A model generated the notes under the pieces. It was not told where the DNA came from, searched no databases, and worked only from the letters and a program-made list of their open reading frames with translations. The position numbers and the translations under genes were made by a program. Positions 34,702 through 44,001 of a DNA stretch of 58,573 nucleotides are shown here, piece after piece. Source of the DNA: a virus. Its lineage: Duplodnaviria; Caudoviricetes. Each line of letters opens with the position of its first letter. Position 1 is the first letter of the stretch. The stretch spans positions 1 to 58,573 of IMG/VR virus record IMGVR_UViG_3300031857_000201, one strand, 5' to 3'.

Positions 34702-36518
34702 TGATACCTATATTCCTTGACTTTGAGACAGAAGGCATCGAGGCTCGCCCGACGTATCCGCCTAAACCGGTGGGTCTTGCTGTGTATGATCCTACAGGTC
34801 AGTTCGCTGATGGCTATTTTGCTTTTGGCCATATTACAGGTAATAATTCTACTTTTGACGCCGTAAGGCGCATGATGGGAGAAATGTATGATTCAAATCG
34901 ACCGCTATGCTTTCATAACGCCCTATTTGACTTGGATGTTGCTGATACTCATTTTGGCTTGGCTATCCCCGACGCATCTAGGTTACACGACACTCTCATT
35001 CTCTCTTTTCTCTTCGATCCACATGTACCTTCATTATCGCTCAAAGATCTCGTGGTCCATTGGAGCCTCGACACCCCAGAAGAACGAGATGAGCTTAAAG
35101 AATGGATCATTAATAACGTCCCTGACGCTAAACGAAAAAAGTCACAATGGGGCGCACACATCAGCAAAGGACCCGTCGAGCTGGTAGGTCGTTACGCCAA
35201 GGCTGACGTGCGGCTTACTGCTAAGCTATTTGAGTTTACCGCTTCAAACGTTTTACCGGCTCAGCAGGCGCCGTATATACGTGAACTTGAACTGATCCCA
35301 CTGTTGCTTGAAAACTCACGTTTAGGCGTTCGAGTTGATGTGGCTGGGTTATCAGCAGCAAAAGAACAGGCCATAAAAGATATTGAGGCTTGTAATGTTT
35401 GGGTTCGTGCATTGTTGAATTCTCCTGAATTGAATGTCGACAGCGATTCTCAGCTGGTCGAAAGTATTTATCAATCGGAGCATTGGGACAAAAATAAAGC
35501 CTGGCCTACCACAGACAAAGGCCAGAAACAAGCCACTAAAGAAGCACTAGAGGAGATGCTTACTCATGAACACTTGCGAGATGTCCTTAGGTATCGTGCA
35601 AATCTATCTACATGCCTCTCAACTTTCATTGACCCTTGGCTCACATCGGGCCAGCATACCGGCAGAATCTATACCAATTGGAACAGTGTTAGAGGTGAGC
35701 GTGGAGGCACACGAACAGGACGGCTCAGTAGCACTCCTAATTTCCAAAATGCACCCATTAGATATCCGAAGGTAAACCTACCACCGGATCTCAATGTGGC
35801 GCCATTGCCTTTGGTACGTAGTTTCATTCTACCGGATGAAGGCCATAAACTGGTAGCCTGCGACTTCAATGCTCAAGAGTTGCGTATCTTTGCTCATTTT
35901 GAAGGTGGCAATCTTATGCAGCAATACCAGCAAGATGCTCGTGCTGATTTGCATACCTACGCAGCCAAGATGATGACCGAGGCATCCGGCCGTGAGGTTA
36001 GTCGTACTTACTCAAAAGGCGTCTCATTTGCTATTCTCTATGGGGCTGGCCCAAAGAAAATCAGTGAGATGCTTGAGATCGACTACGACTTGGCCAAGAC
36101 ATTGATGGATGCCTATACCACAGCCGTGGCTCCAGGCCTCAAGGCGATGCAAGCCACCATGAGGACAAGGTACAAATTAGGCCAACCCATCAAAACCCTT
36201 GGCGGGCGTCTGGTCAAAATGGAGCCACCTAAGATTATCAATGGCCGGCTACGTGAGTTTGATTACAAAGGTGTTAATCTACTCATTCAAGGCTCAGCTG
36301 CTGATCAAGCTAAGGCGGCCATGTTGCTATTCCAAAAGACACGGCAAGGTAGTCGCCTATTGTTAAGCGTCCATGATGAACTGGTTATTTCTACACCTGA
36401 GGATACTGTGGAACGTGAGGCAGAATGCTTAACACAGGCTATGTGCCATGCTTTGCCCATGGATGTGCCTATGGTGAGTGACTATAAAGTTGGTAACTCT
36501 TATCAGGAAACTAAATAA
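34701..36518 (+). CDS. polA: DNA polymerase family A (3'-5' exonuclease plus polymerase, no 5' nuclease)
   Basis: ExoI DFET, ExoII HNALFD, ExoIII YAKAD, TGRLSS..PN.QN, motif A DFNAQELR, motif B R...KGVSFAILYG, motif C VHDEL. Confidence 0.96.
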   Translation: MIPIFLDFETEGIEARPTYPPKPVGLAVYDPTGQFADGYFAFGHITGNNSTFDAVRRMMGEMYDSNRPLCFHNALFDLDVADTHFGLAIPDASRLHDTLILSFLFDPHVPSLSLKDLVVHWSLDTPEERDELKEWIINNVPDAKRKKSQWGAHISKGPVELVGRYAKADVRLTAKLFEFTASNVLPAQQAPYIRELELIPLLLENSRLGVRVDVAGLSAAKEQAIKDIEACNVWVRALLNSPELNVDSDSQLVESIYQSEHWDKNKAWPTTDKGQKQATKEALEEMLTHEHLRDVLRYRANLSTCLSTFIDPWLTSGQHTGRIYTNWNSVRGERGGTRTGRLSSTPNFQNAPIRYPKVNLPPDLNVAPLPLVRSFILPDEGHKLVACDFNAQELRIFAHFEGGNLMQQYQQDARADLHTYAAKMMTEASGREVSRTYSKGVSFAILYGAGPKKISEMLEIDYDLAKTLMDAYTTAVAPGLKAMQATMRTRYKLGQPIKTLGGRLVKMEPPKIINGRLREFDYKGVNLLIQGSAADQAKAAMLLFQKTRQGSRLLLSVHDELVISTPEDTVEREAECLTQAMCHALPMDVPMVSDYKVGNSYQETK

Positions 36519-37156
36519 TGCGTAGCTTTTCTCACTCATCCATTAAGTCATACGAAGAATGCCCATATAAGTACCGGCTAACTCGTATTGATGGCCTTAA
36601 AGAACCTACCGGGGACGCTGCGCAACGTGGTAAAGATATACATACAGCATTTGAAAATGCTATTGATCATCAACAAAAGTTGGAAGATACTTTTGAGTAT
36701 TGGAATGACTACGTTGCCGAGCTAATTTCAAAAGGGGCCAAGAGTGAGATGCAATTCGCTATCAAAAAAGACTGGACTCGCACTGATTTTCTTGCTGCCG
36801 ATGCTTGGCTTCGTGGCATTTATGATGTGCTGTGGCTTGATGGCGCTACTGCTCACGTTATGGATTGGAAGACAGGTAAAGAAAGGGATTACGGCGATCA
36901 GCTCAAGCTTTACGCAACTATCATAATGGCTGAGTATCCAAGAGTAGAAACTGTTACCACTGAAATCTGCTATATTGATCTTAACAAGCGCCACGCGGGG
37001 CAAACATATTCGCGATTAGAGCATGAGAAGCTTAAAGAATGGGTTACTACTCGAATTACCAAGATTGAGAATGACGATATCTTTGCACCACGCCCATCGC
37101 AAGGATGTAAATGGTGTCATTTTAGGAAGTCCAATGGAGGTCCTTGCCAATGGTGA
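36518..37156 (+). CDS. PD-(D/E)xK (Cas4/RecB-like) exonuclease
   Basis: SHSSI..YEECP, RG..IH, D...DWKTGK, QLKLYA, C.WC.F...C. Confidence 0.88.
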   Translation: MRSFSHSSIKSYEECPYKYRLTRIDGLKEPTGDAAQRGKDIHTAFENAIDHQQKLEDTFEYWNDYVAELISKGAKSEMQFAIKKDWTRTDFLAADAWLRGIYDVLWLDGATAHVMDWKTGKERDYGDQLKLYATIIMAEYPRVETVTTEICYIDLNKRHAGQTYSRLEHEKLKEWVTTRITKIENDDIFAPRPSQGCKWCHFRKSNGGPCQW

Positions 37157-37437
37157 CTCGAGCATTACTCGAACGCGACCTTGAGGCATACTTTACACGA
37201 CAATGCAAAAAGCTAAACCTGCTCACCCTCAAACTACATGTCCGATATGCGAGAGGGTGGCCCGACCGGATCGTGGTCTTATCTGGTGGGCATACATTAT
37301 GGGTGGAGTTGAAAAAACCTGGGGGAAAGACAACGCCTCTACAGGACAAAGTACACAAGCAACTAAAAGATCTTAACCATACAGTTTACGTATTAGATTC
37401 TAAAGAGGGGATTGACAGTGTTTTGGGAACCGCATGA
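37150..37437 (+). CDS. VRR-NUC domain nuclease
   Basis: LERDLE, GWPDR, WVELKKPGGK.TPLQ. Confidence 0.88.
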   Translation: MVTRALLERDLEAYFTRQCKKLNLLTLKLHVRYARGWPDRIVVLSGGHTLWVELKKPGGKTTPLQDKVHKQLKDLNHTVYVLDSKEGIDSVLGTA

Positions 37438-38806
37438 GTATCAAAAGGAAGCTGTAAAGTTTCTCATTACTCGAGGCTCTGGCGGTCTTTGGCTTGACCC
37501 CGGTCTTGGTAAAACTTCAATTGTTCTATCGGCGTATAGAATCTTAAAGACCAAAGGGCATTGCAAAAAGATGCTAGTGCTAGCCCCTCTGCGGCCTACG
37601 TATTCTGTATGGCCTAACGAAGTCAAAAAGTGGGAGCAGTTCGAAAACTATTCTGTAGGCATTCTGCATGGTGGCAATAAGAACAAAGTTCTTAAGCAAA
37701 ACCACGATATCTACGTAATGAATTACGAAGGCATTGGCTGGCTCTCATCTCAACTCAATGGCAAGCCTTGGCCTTTTGAGATTTTGGTTGTGGATGAGAT
37801 CTCATACTTGAAGAATACGCAATCACAACGTTACAAATCATTGAAGCCATTGCTAAATAAGTTTGATCGCCGCTGGGGTTTGACTGGCTCGCCTGCGCCA
37901 AATGGGTTGCTGGATATCTTTGGCCCTCAATATGTGATTGACCAAGGCGCTACATTTGGGCCTTACATTACTCGATTCAAAAATGAGTACTTTTACCCGT
38001 CCGGCTTTGGTGGGTATGAGTGGAAAATCAAACCTGATGGCGAAAAGCGTATCTATGATGCCTTGGAGGGAAAGGTACTGCGTATGGCAGCGCTGGACCA
38101 TCTAGATTTGCCTGAGTTAACATACAACAATATTTATGTAGAACTACCTGAGGCCGCCAAGAAAATTTACAAGCGCCTCGAGGATGACCTTACCATTGAC
38201 TTGCAGTATGGCAATATAACAGCTGCGAACGCAGCCGTGGCGGTCATGAAATGTCAACAAGTTGCCAATGGAGGATCATACCTAGATGGGGAGAACAAAG
38301 AGACAATACACATACACGACGCCAAGACACAAGCCGTTCAAGATCTGGTTGACGAATTGTCAGGCCAACCTTGCATTATTGGCTTTCATTTTCAACACGA
38401 CCTGGAAAGACTCAAAGCTGCGTTTCCTCAGGCTCCAGTCATTGGTTCTGGCGTTGTTGGTTCTAGACTTGATAGCATTGTTAGCGCATGGAATGCCATG
38501 GAAATTCCAGTTTTACTTGCGCACCCGATGTCTGCTGGGCATGGTCTCAATCTTCAAGGCTCTGGCCATGCAGTCATTTGGTACTCGCTCACATGGTCGC
38601 TTGAAGTTTATGAGCAATTCATTAGACGCCTGTGGAGACAAGGTCAAAAAAATCACATCGTAGTCCACCACATTATTGCAAAAGATACCATTGATGAGGC
38701 CATTGTCTCAGCTGTAAAACGCAAAGACAAGACTCAACAAAATCTGTTAAATGCGGTACGCGATTACGTGCAACGTGATAAAATTGAAATTGCTGTTGAT
38801 CATTGA
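37412..38806 (+). CDS. SNF2-family helicase
   Basis: PHEYQ, DPGLGKT, VVDE, LTGSP.PN, GHGLNLQ, Q...RL.RQGQ. Confidence 0.93.
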   Translation: MTVFWEPHEYQKEAVKFLITRGSGGLWLDPGLGKTSIVLSAYRILKTKGHCKKMLVLAPLRPTYSVWPNEVKKWEQFENYSVGILHGGNKNKVLKQNHDIYVMNYEGIGWLSSQLNGKPWPFEILVVDEISYLKNTQSQRYKSLKPLLNKFDRRWGLTGSPAPNGLLDIFGPQYVIDQGATFGPYITRFKNEYFYPSGFGGYEWKIKPDGEKRIYDALEGKVLRMAALDHLDLPELTYNNIYVELPEAAKKIYKRLEDDLTIDLQYGNITAANAAVAVMKCQQVANGGSYLDGENKETIHIHDAKTQAVQDLVDELSGQPCIIGFHFQHDLERLKAAFPQAPVIGSGVVGSRLDSIVSAWNAMEIPVLLAHPMSAGHGLNLQGSGHAVIWYSLTWSLEVYEQFIRRLWRQGQKNHIVVHHIIAKDTIDEAIVSAVKRKDKTQQNLLNAVRDYVQRDKIEIAVDH

Positions 38807-38857
38807 AAAGTAAGCATGTCATACACCACCACTATTTTTACACAAGGAGATTCTGCT

Positions 38858-39067
38858 ATGTCAGAGGTAAAGCGCCGCCGTGTCAATAAGCAAGCAAAGA
38901 TTAAAGTGCTGGTTGAGGAAAACCCTAAGCGCAATAATACGCTAGCCGCAGACCGGTTTGCATTATATGAAAATGGTATGACAGTCGAGGAATACGTTGC
39001 TGCGGGCGGCCGTACAGGCGATATTGCACATGACGTTGCTGCAGGGTATATCGAACTGGAAGACTAA
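38858..39067 (+). CDS. Small basic protein (NPKR...RF..Y..GMTV.EY family), putative DNA-binding
   Basis: ATG at 38858 after AAGGAG, TAATG-coupled to the transferase gene. Confidence 0.7.
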   Translation: MSEVKRRRVNKQAKIKVLVEENPKRNNTLAADRFALYENGMTVEEYVAAGGRTGDIAHDVAAGYIELED

Positions 39068-39957
39068 TGAAGATCCTTATAACCGGCGTCACCGAGACGC
39101 ATACAAATCATCCACAGCGTGCAAGTTCCACAAAGTTTGTGTCAGTACCTGAGTTGATGCGTAACGCGTTTGAGCGACTGGTACATGATGTAGATCATCG
39201 AGCAGTAGGGGCAGGTGAGGATCTTTCTGAGTATCAAAAGGTCTTCATCTACCTGTACCCTGTAGACCATAACGCAGTTAATGTTAATGGCGCTATATGG
39301 GCATTGCAACAACGGCCAGACGCTTGGCTTTGTCTTGATGATTGGTCGTTTCAAAAATTGCTACCTACGTGGGGCAACTTTATTGACACCAAGCTACTTA
39401 CCAATCGTACATGGTTAGCACCTTTATTTCCATGGGGCGACGTTAAACAGATGGGTCTGCCGGTCGATGATATACGTCATTGGGACCCATCACCTTTGTA
39501 CAACTTGCCTAAAGTACATAGACTACGTTGGCAAGAAAGAAAAACTGAATGGTACAACGCCTCATTATCAAAGGATGCGCATGAGTGGGCAGATCGGCAA
39601 AATCTTACCTGGCCTGTTCGTGCCGTGGGTGGAAAATCACTTGGACAACCTAGGATTTTGGAGTCTCAAATTGTCTGGGAATATGGATCCTATAAAGGCG
39701 TGCTTTGTCCTACCTATGAACATGCCGGATGCGGATGGTGGCGCGTCAGATACTTACATGCTGCACATGCTGGAGCTATACTCGGTAGCGACCCCAAAGA
39801 AACCGGGATGATCCATCCTGCATATGGATACACACTAAAAGAAATAGAGAAAATGGGCGACGAGGCAAGAGAATACTTGGCCTGGTTGCAAGCAGACAAA
39901 CTAAACGTTGCAACTTTGCATGAAACAATGCAAAAAGTGGAAGGGTGGCTTGCATGA
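39067..39957 (+). CDS. Putative DNA-base glycosyltransferase (GT-B-like)
   Basis: MKILITG start, H.V..R.V..GEDLS.Y..V, A...RPD....DDW, and P.Y.HAG.GWWR.R. From memory these resemble the RB69 ORF003c-type arabinosyltransferases. Adjacent to kinase and TS homologue. Confidence 0.6.
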   Translation: MKILITGVTETHTNHPQRASSTKFVSVPELMRNAFERLVHDVDHRAVGAGEDLSEYQKVFIYLYPVDHNAVNVNGAIWALQQRPDAWLCLDDWSFQKLLPTWGNFIDTKLLTNRTWLAPLFPWGDVKQMGLPVDDIRHWDPSPLYNLPKVHRLRWQERKTEWYNASLSKDAHEWADRQNLTWPVRAVGGKSLGQPRILESQIVWEYGSYKGVLCPTYEHAGCGWWRVRYLHAAHAGAILGSDPKETGMIHPAYGYTLKEIEKMGDEAREYLAWLQADKLNVATLHETMQKVEGWLA

Positions 39958-40898
39958 TCATAATTCTTGAAGGGCCAGATGGTGGGGGTAAAACCACGCT
40001 ATCTGAAAAGTTGCGACAAATGCTTAATCATGAAAGATTGACCAATGTCGTAAAACATGGCCCTTATACCGGTATGTCGTCTGAAGAATTATGCAAGACA
40101 TACTTCAGATCGATGTCACAAGCATTAACCTATGATGACCACGTTATTCTTGATCGCAGTTGGTTATCAGAGCCAATCTATGGCGAGGTCTATCGTAATG
40201 GCGTAACTCGTGTAGATATGCCACGCCATCGAATGCTAGAACGTGTGGCATTAACTCGTGGCGCCGTGGTTATCCATTGCCAACCTGAGTTTGCTTTATG
40301 CGTTGATACTTTCAAGACACGCAAAGATATTGAATACCTTGACACCACTGAGCAACTAGGCAAAGTATATGATGCGTATGAAACGCTGCCTATGCATACA
40401 TGCTTGCCCATCGTGCACTATGATTATGAAAAAGATACTGTTAGTGACCTATTAGAAAAAGTCATGGCAAAGTCAGTGCCTAATCGAGCATCCGGTGGTG
40501 GTTGCTTTAAAGAAGGCAATATCCTTATGCTTTGTGATAAAGGCCCTCGCACTAATATGCGAGCATCTGCAGCTGTTGTGCCATTCATTAACTTTTTGGA
40601 CGATGATGGCCCCAGTCGTATGTTGGCTCATGCACTAGAAAACGAAGGCGTGCCTGAGAAAGATCTTTACTGGATCAACACACAAAATTATCTAGGCACA
40701 CCAACTGACGCAAAATTCATTAATCAGCTTAAGCCTAGCCGAATCTTTGCCTTAGGCAATAACGCCTATAGTTGGGCTATTAACGCCGGTGTACAAGTGT
40801 ACAAACTGCCACCGCCGCTATATCATATGCAGCACTTCCCGCATTTGCCATACCACATTACTGAGAGCGATTATGGAAATACCACTCATTCATCGTGA
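39954..40898 (+). CDS. dNMP (thymidylate-kinase-like) kinase fused to a UDG-superfamily-like domain
   Basis: IIILEGPDGGGKTT and ILDR.W.SE.IYG. C-terminal ILMLCDKGP...PF...S..L...L......YWIN...IFALGNNA...LPPP.Y. Confidence 0.78.
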   Translation: MIIILEGPDGGGKTTLSEKLRQMLNHERLTNVVKHGPYTGMSSEELCKTYFRSMSQALTYDDHVILDRSWLSEPIYGEVYRNGVTRVDMPRHRMLERVALTRGAVVIHCQPEFALCVDTFKTRKDIEYLDTTEQLGKVYDAYETLPMHTCLPIVHYDYEKDTVSDLLEKVMAKSVPNRASGGGCFKEGNILMLCDKGPRTNMRASAAVVPFINFLDDDGPSRMLAHALENEGVPEKDLYWINTQNYLGTPTDAKFINQLKPSRIFALGNNAYSWAINAGVQVYKLPPPLYHMQHFPHLPYHITESDYGNTTHSS

Positions 40899-41658
40899 AG
40901 AAGATCTCATTCTCATATATAAAGCACTTGAATACCGTGGAACTCGATCTGAGCCACGGGGAGAGGGTACTTTGGAAATTGAGAACTTTACTTATACTGT
41001 TAATCCTTTCGTGCGTTTTAACAACTTTGTCGGTCGTAACTTTAATCTTAATTATCTTAAGCGTGAAATGGCTTGGTACATAAAGGCTGATCCATTTGAT
41101 ACCTCTATTGCCGAGCATGCTGCGCAATGGGGCAAAATTGTCGTTAATGGCAAGTTAAATAGCAACTATGGTTCTTATTGGTTTGGTAAATATGGCGTAC
41201 GCCATGTTGTTAGTGTACTTCAAAAAGACCCTATGAGCCGTCGTGCAGTTATTCCTATGTACGGCACTGACGTTGCTCATATGGATAGCGAGGCCAAAGA
41301 CGTGCCTTGCACAACTGCCATTGAGTTTCGTCTACGCCGAGGCCGGCTTAACGCAAGAGCCATAATGCGTAGCCAAGACATTCTATGGGGGATGGCTAAT
41401 GATCTTCCTACTTTCTCATTCTTACAAGAAATTGTAGCAGCTTTGCTTAATGCAGAAGTAGGTACATTGACAATATCTGTTGGCTCATTCCACGTTTACG
41501 AGTCCAGAATGAAGATGTTTAAAGACATTATTGAAAAGTCAACGCATCAACCTGTAGCTGACCCACCCCCAAGGATTCAGAGATACGAGGCTCATATGTT
41601 GATGGATAAGCACATTGACAGTTCTCATGCGTTCTCACGCTGGCTCCTTAATGTATAA
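40873..41658 (+). CDS. Thymidylate-synthase-family dCMP-modifying enzyme (hydroxymethylase/methylase/hydroxylase type)
   Basis: SRRA, catalytic PC (KDVPCT), MRSQDILWGMAND with Asp at the E. coli TS Asn177 position, SFHVY. Confidence 0.85.
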   Translation: MEIPLIHREEDLILIYKALEYRGTRSEPRGEGTLEIENFTYTVNPFVRFNNFVGRNFNLNYLKREMAWYIKADPFDTSIAEHAAQWGKIVVNGKLNSNYGSYWFGKYGVRHVVSVLQKDPMSRRAVIPMYGTDVAHMDSEAKDVPCTTAIEFRLRRGRLNARAIMRSQDILWGMANDLPTFSFLQEIVAALLNAEVGTLTISVGSFHVYESRMKMFKDIIEKSTHQPVADPPPRIQRYEAHMLMDKHIDSSHAFSRWLLNV

Positions 41659-41695
41659 TTCACGTGTAGCACCTGACCATTGAAAGGAACTTATC

Positions 41696-42418
41696 ATGAC
41701 CCTCAATCGTATACGTTGGACATCCAGAGAGCGTGGCGAGGTTATTACCGCCGCCGCCAAAAAGCTCAATGAAGGCTATAAAATTGGTGACGCTTTAAGA
41801 GCAGCCCAATATGTCCTTGAGCCAGATCGCCGACGCCCGGAAACAAGTCTTTACAATGCCGCAGATATTATTGCAGCGGCGCGTAAATTGGCCAATGCTA
41901 CAGTGCCTCCAAAACATAGTGTGGATATTGCAATGGCTAAAGCCAATATGCAACCTATACAGCAAAAAGTTGTGGTCTCCAGTGCACATCCAGTGCCTCA
42001 AGCAGAAGGTTCTATTGATGCCCTAATTGACACCATAGCTCGTAGAATTGCCAGCACCGTAAAAACTGAAATTGTTAAGGCTGTTAAAGAGCTTGAGCAT
42101 GAGTTTAAAGTTGCACGCAATAATCCAGAATACGAAGCCAATGGTAAGTCCAAGCCCCGTGTTACTATTATTGGACTACGTGAAGATCAAATGTCTATGA
42201 TTGAGCATGAATACGCCAATCGATACAGCTTTAAGTTTCTTACGGCTGACGACGCCAAAGGCTCTATTGCAACTGACGCTGATGCGTATTTGCTGATGAA
42301 AAATTTCATCTCACATGCAGTTTTTGAGAAGTACCAAATCTATAAAAATTACGTCTTGATTGATGGGGGCATGACGGCGTTGCGGGGTTGGTTATCGACT
42401 AAAGGAGTTGAACTATGA
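41696..42418 (+). CDS. Protein with a helical N-domain and a DUF2325-like C-terminal alpha/beta domain
   Basis: TTGAAAGGA RBS. RVTIIG...ADAYLLM.NFISH...GGMTAL. Confidence 0.6.
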   Translation: MTLNRIRWTSRERGEVITAAAKKLNEGYKIGDALRAAQYVLEPDRRRPETSLYNAADIIAAARKLANATVPPKHSVDIAMAKANMQPIQQKVVVSSAHPVPQAEGSIDALIDTIARRIASTVKTEIVKAVKELEHEFKVARNNPEYEANGKSKPRVTIIGLREDQMSMIEHEYANRYSFKFLTADDAKGSIATDADAYLLMKNFISHAVFEKYQIYKNYVLIDGGMTALRGWLSTKGVEL

Positions 42419-42648
42419 GCATTCCCTTTGAGTACGTATACACGCCTTCAACTACGGATGTAACTATTCGTTGGCGTATCAAATATGGCTGGGTGCCACC
42501 TACTGAGCAAGAAAACTTTAAAAAGAAATGGGCTGAGTTTAGAGCGCAATCTGCTCGAGGCATTGAGAGTCTTGAAGCTCACGAAGACCCGATTAATGAT
42601 CGTAAACACGACAACGCCGGAAGGGTTATTCAATGGAAGACCAAGTAA
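42415..42648 (+). CDS. Hypothetical protein
   Basis: AAGGAG RBS, F.YVY...TDV..RW..YGWVPP. Confidence 0.7.
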   Translation: MSIPFEYVYTPSTTDVTIRWRIKYGWVPPTEQENFKKKWAEFRAQSARGIESLEAHEDPINDRKHDNAGRVIQWKTK

Positions 42649-42806
42649 AAGAGCAGTATCACGAATGGATGAGCTTGCTCATCAAGACCAAGAATACTGA
42701 CTTACTTAGAGACCCTTACAACGTCTGGCTTGAAGCTTGGCACGTTGCAACGCTGTTTGCAGAAAAAAAGACCCCCGTACTAGACGGGGGTAAAACCACA
42801 AACTAG
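42633..42806 (+). CDS. 57-aa hypothetical protein (not in ORF track)
   Basis: MEDQVKEQYHEW...DPYNVWLEAW, fills the gap up to the convergent gene. Confidence 0.55.
   Translation: MEDQVKEQYHEWMSLLIKTKNTDLLRDPYNVWLEAWHVATLFAEKKTPVLDGGKTTN
42763..42791 (-). terminator. Terminator of the minus-strand late operon at the convergence point
   Basis: ACCCCCGT-N5-ACGGGGGT, followed on the minus strand by CTTTTTTT. Confidence 0.8.
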
Positions 42807-42814
42807 GTGCGAGA

Positions 42815-43999
42815 TTACCTAGGTTGTGGCGTTGCGGCGGGGGAAAGGGGAGATTCGCCGGTATAACCCTTATACAGTTCGTATGCCAAAGGTGGAGCAG
42901 ACAATAACAAGCCAGCCCCTTTGGCTGCCGGATGAGGTAAGGTCATGAGGGCACCACCTGTGGCTGAGAGGCCATGCATGACGGCGCCAGGTATATCACC
43001 ACGTTGGCCAGCTTCATAGGCTTGTACGCCCTCGTAGCCGGCCATACCGCCACCAAGGGTACTACCTAGTGGGAAGTTCTTAACAGCGTAGCCAAGTCGC
43101 TTCATTACGCCTGGCTGATTCATCTCTTGCAAAAGCTGTGCACGCTGGCCAGCTTTGGAAGCAGCCGTTTGAGTCGAGGTAAGACCTTTTTGCAATTGCT
43201 CAAGTTCCAGCTTGGTCTGATTGAGAGCCGAACTGGCTTGCTCAAACTTGGCTTGTGCCTGCTGCAAACGATTATATGCTTGTTCTTGCACAGGTGAGGT
43301 GAATTGGCCTGAGAACTCTGGCGCATTGGGGACAATCAAACCAGATCGAGCGGCTTTAAATTTTGCAGCCTCGCCGGTTTTCTCAAGCTCTTGCTGTAGA
43401 CGATAGCCACGAGTAGCCTCAGTAACTGACTCGCCACCTGGGCCCATACTACCTACAACTTTACGTGACCATTTATCACCGGCAGCCTCGCCAGGAGCAG
43501 AGATCTCAGTAGGTAGATTATAGCGAGCTGCTTGTGCTCGTGCCTGAGATAGCTCACGTTGCGCGTCATCTAGCGCAATCTCCAATGATTGCTGCCGAGA
43601 CATAAGACTTTGCAATTGCCGTGAGGTTGATTGCGCTTCTTTTTGCCCAATCTTTGATGTAGCCTCGAGCTCTTGAATACGTGCTTCACGCTGCAACGGC
43701 CGTGGAAAAGGCTGGCGGTTTAGGCCATACCCAATTGCTGCGCCAGAAAGTGCTGCAGACTCTTTGCTAACAGGCGCCTGCTTAGTTGTAGGCTGAACTG
43801 TAGTACTTGGTGCAGGCCCAGTCGTAGGCCCAGCGGTAAAGACCTCATCCACAGCAGATAAGTCAGTCGAGTCTTGCGGTATTTGCGGCAAAGGCTCAGT
43901 TGAGACTTCACGAGGCTTACGGCGCCGATCAGTTTTCTTTGGCGCAGGCGCACTTGGCGTTGCAAAAATAGGGTCTAGATCTTCAAGACGATCTGCCAT
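42815..43999 (-). CDS. Putative internal virion/DNA ejection protein
   Basis: Coiled coils and a C-terminal Gly/Ala hydrophobic segment. Last gene of the ejection cluster. Confidence 0.6.
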   Translation of the reverse strand: MADRLEDLDPIFATPSAPAPKKTDRRRKPREVSTEPLPQIPQDSTDLSAVDEVFTAGPTTGPAPSTTVQPTTKQAPVSKESAALSGAAIGYGLNRQPFPRPLQREARIQELEATSKIGQKEAQSTSRQLQSLMSRQQSLEIALDDAQRELSQARAQAARYNLPTEISAPGEAAGDKWSRKVVGSMGPGGESVTEATRGYRLQQELEKTGEAAKFKAARSGLIVPNAPEFSGQFTSPVQEQAYNRLQQAQAKFEQASSALNQTKLELEQLQKGLTSTQTAASKAGQRAQLLQEMNQPGVMKRLGYAVKNFPLGSTLGGGMAGYEGVQAYEAGQRGDIPGAVMHGLSATGGALMTLPHPAAKGAGLLLSAPPLAYELYKGYTGESPLSPAATPQPR

Positions 44000-44001
44000 G
44001 A

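Noticed and set aside
36518-37156. Cas4 as part of a CRISPR system
   Set aside because: No array or other cas genes. It is a standard phage replication-module exonuclease.
40873-41658. Ordinary thymidylate synthase (thyA)
   Set aside because: Asp replaces the dUMP-selecting Asn, and the neighbours are a kinase and a transferase rather than folA or nrd genes.
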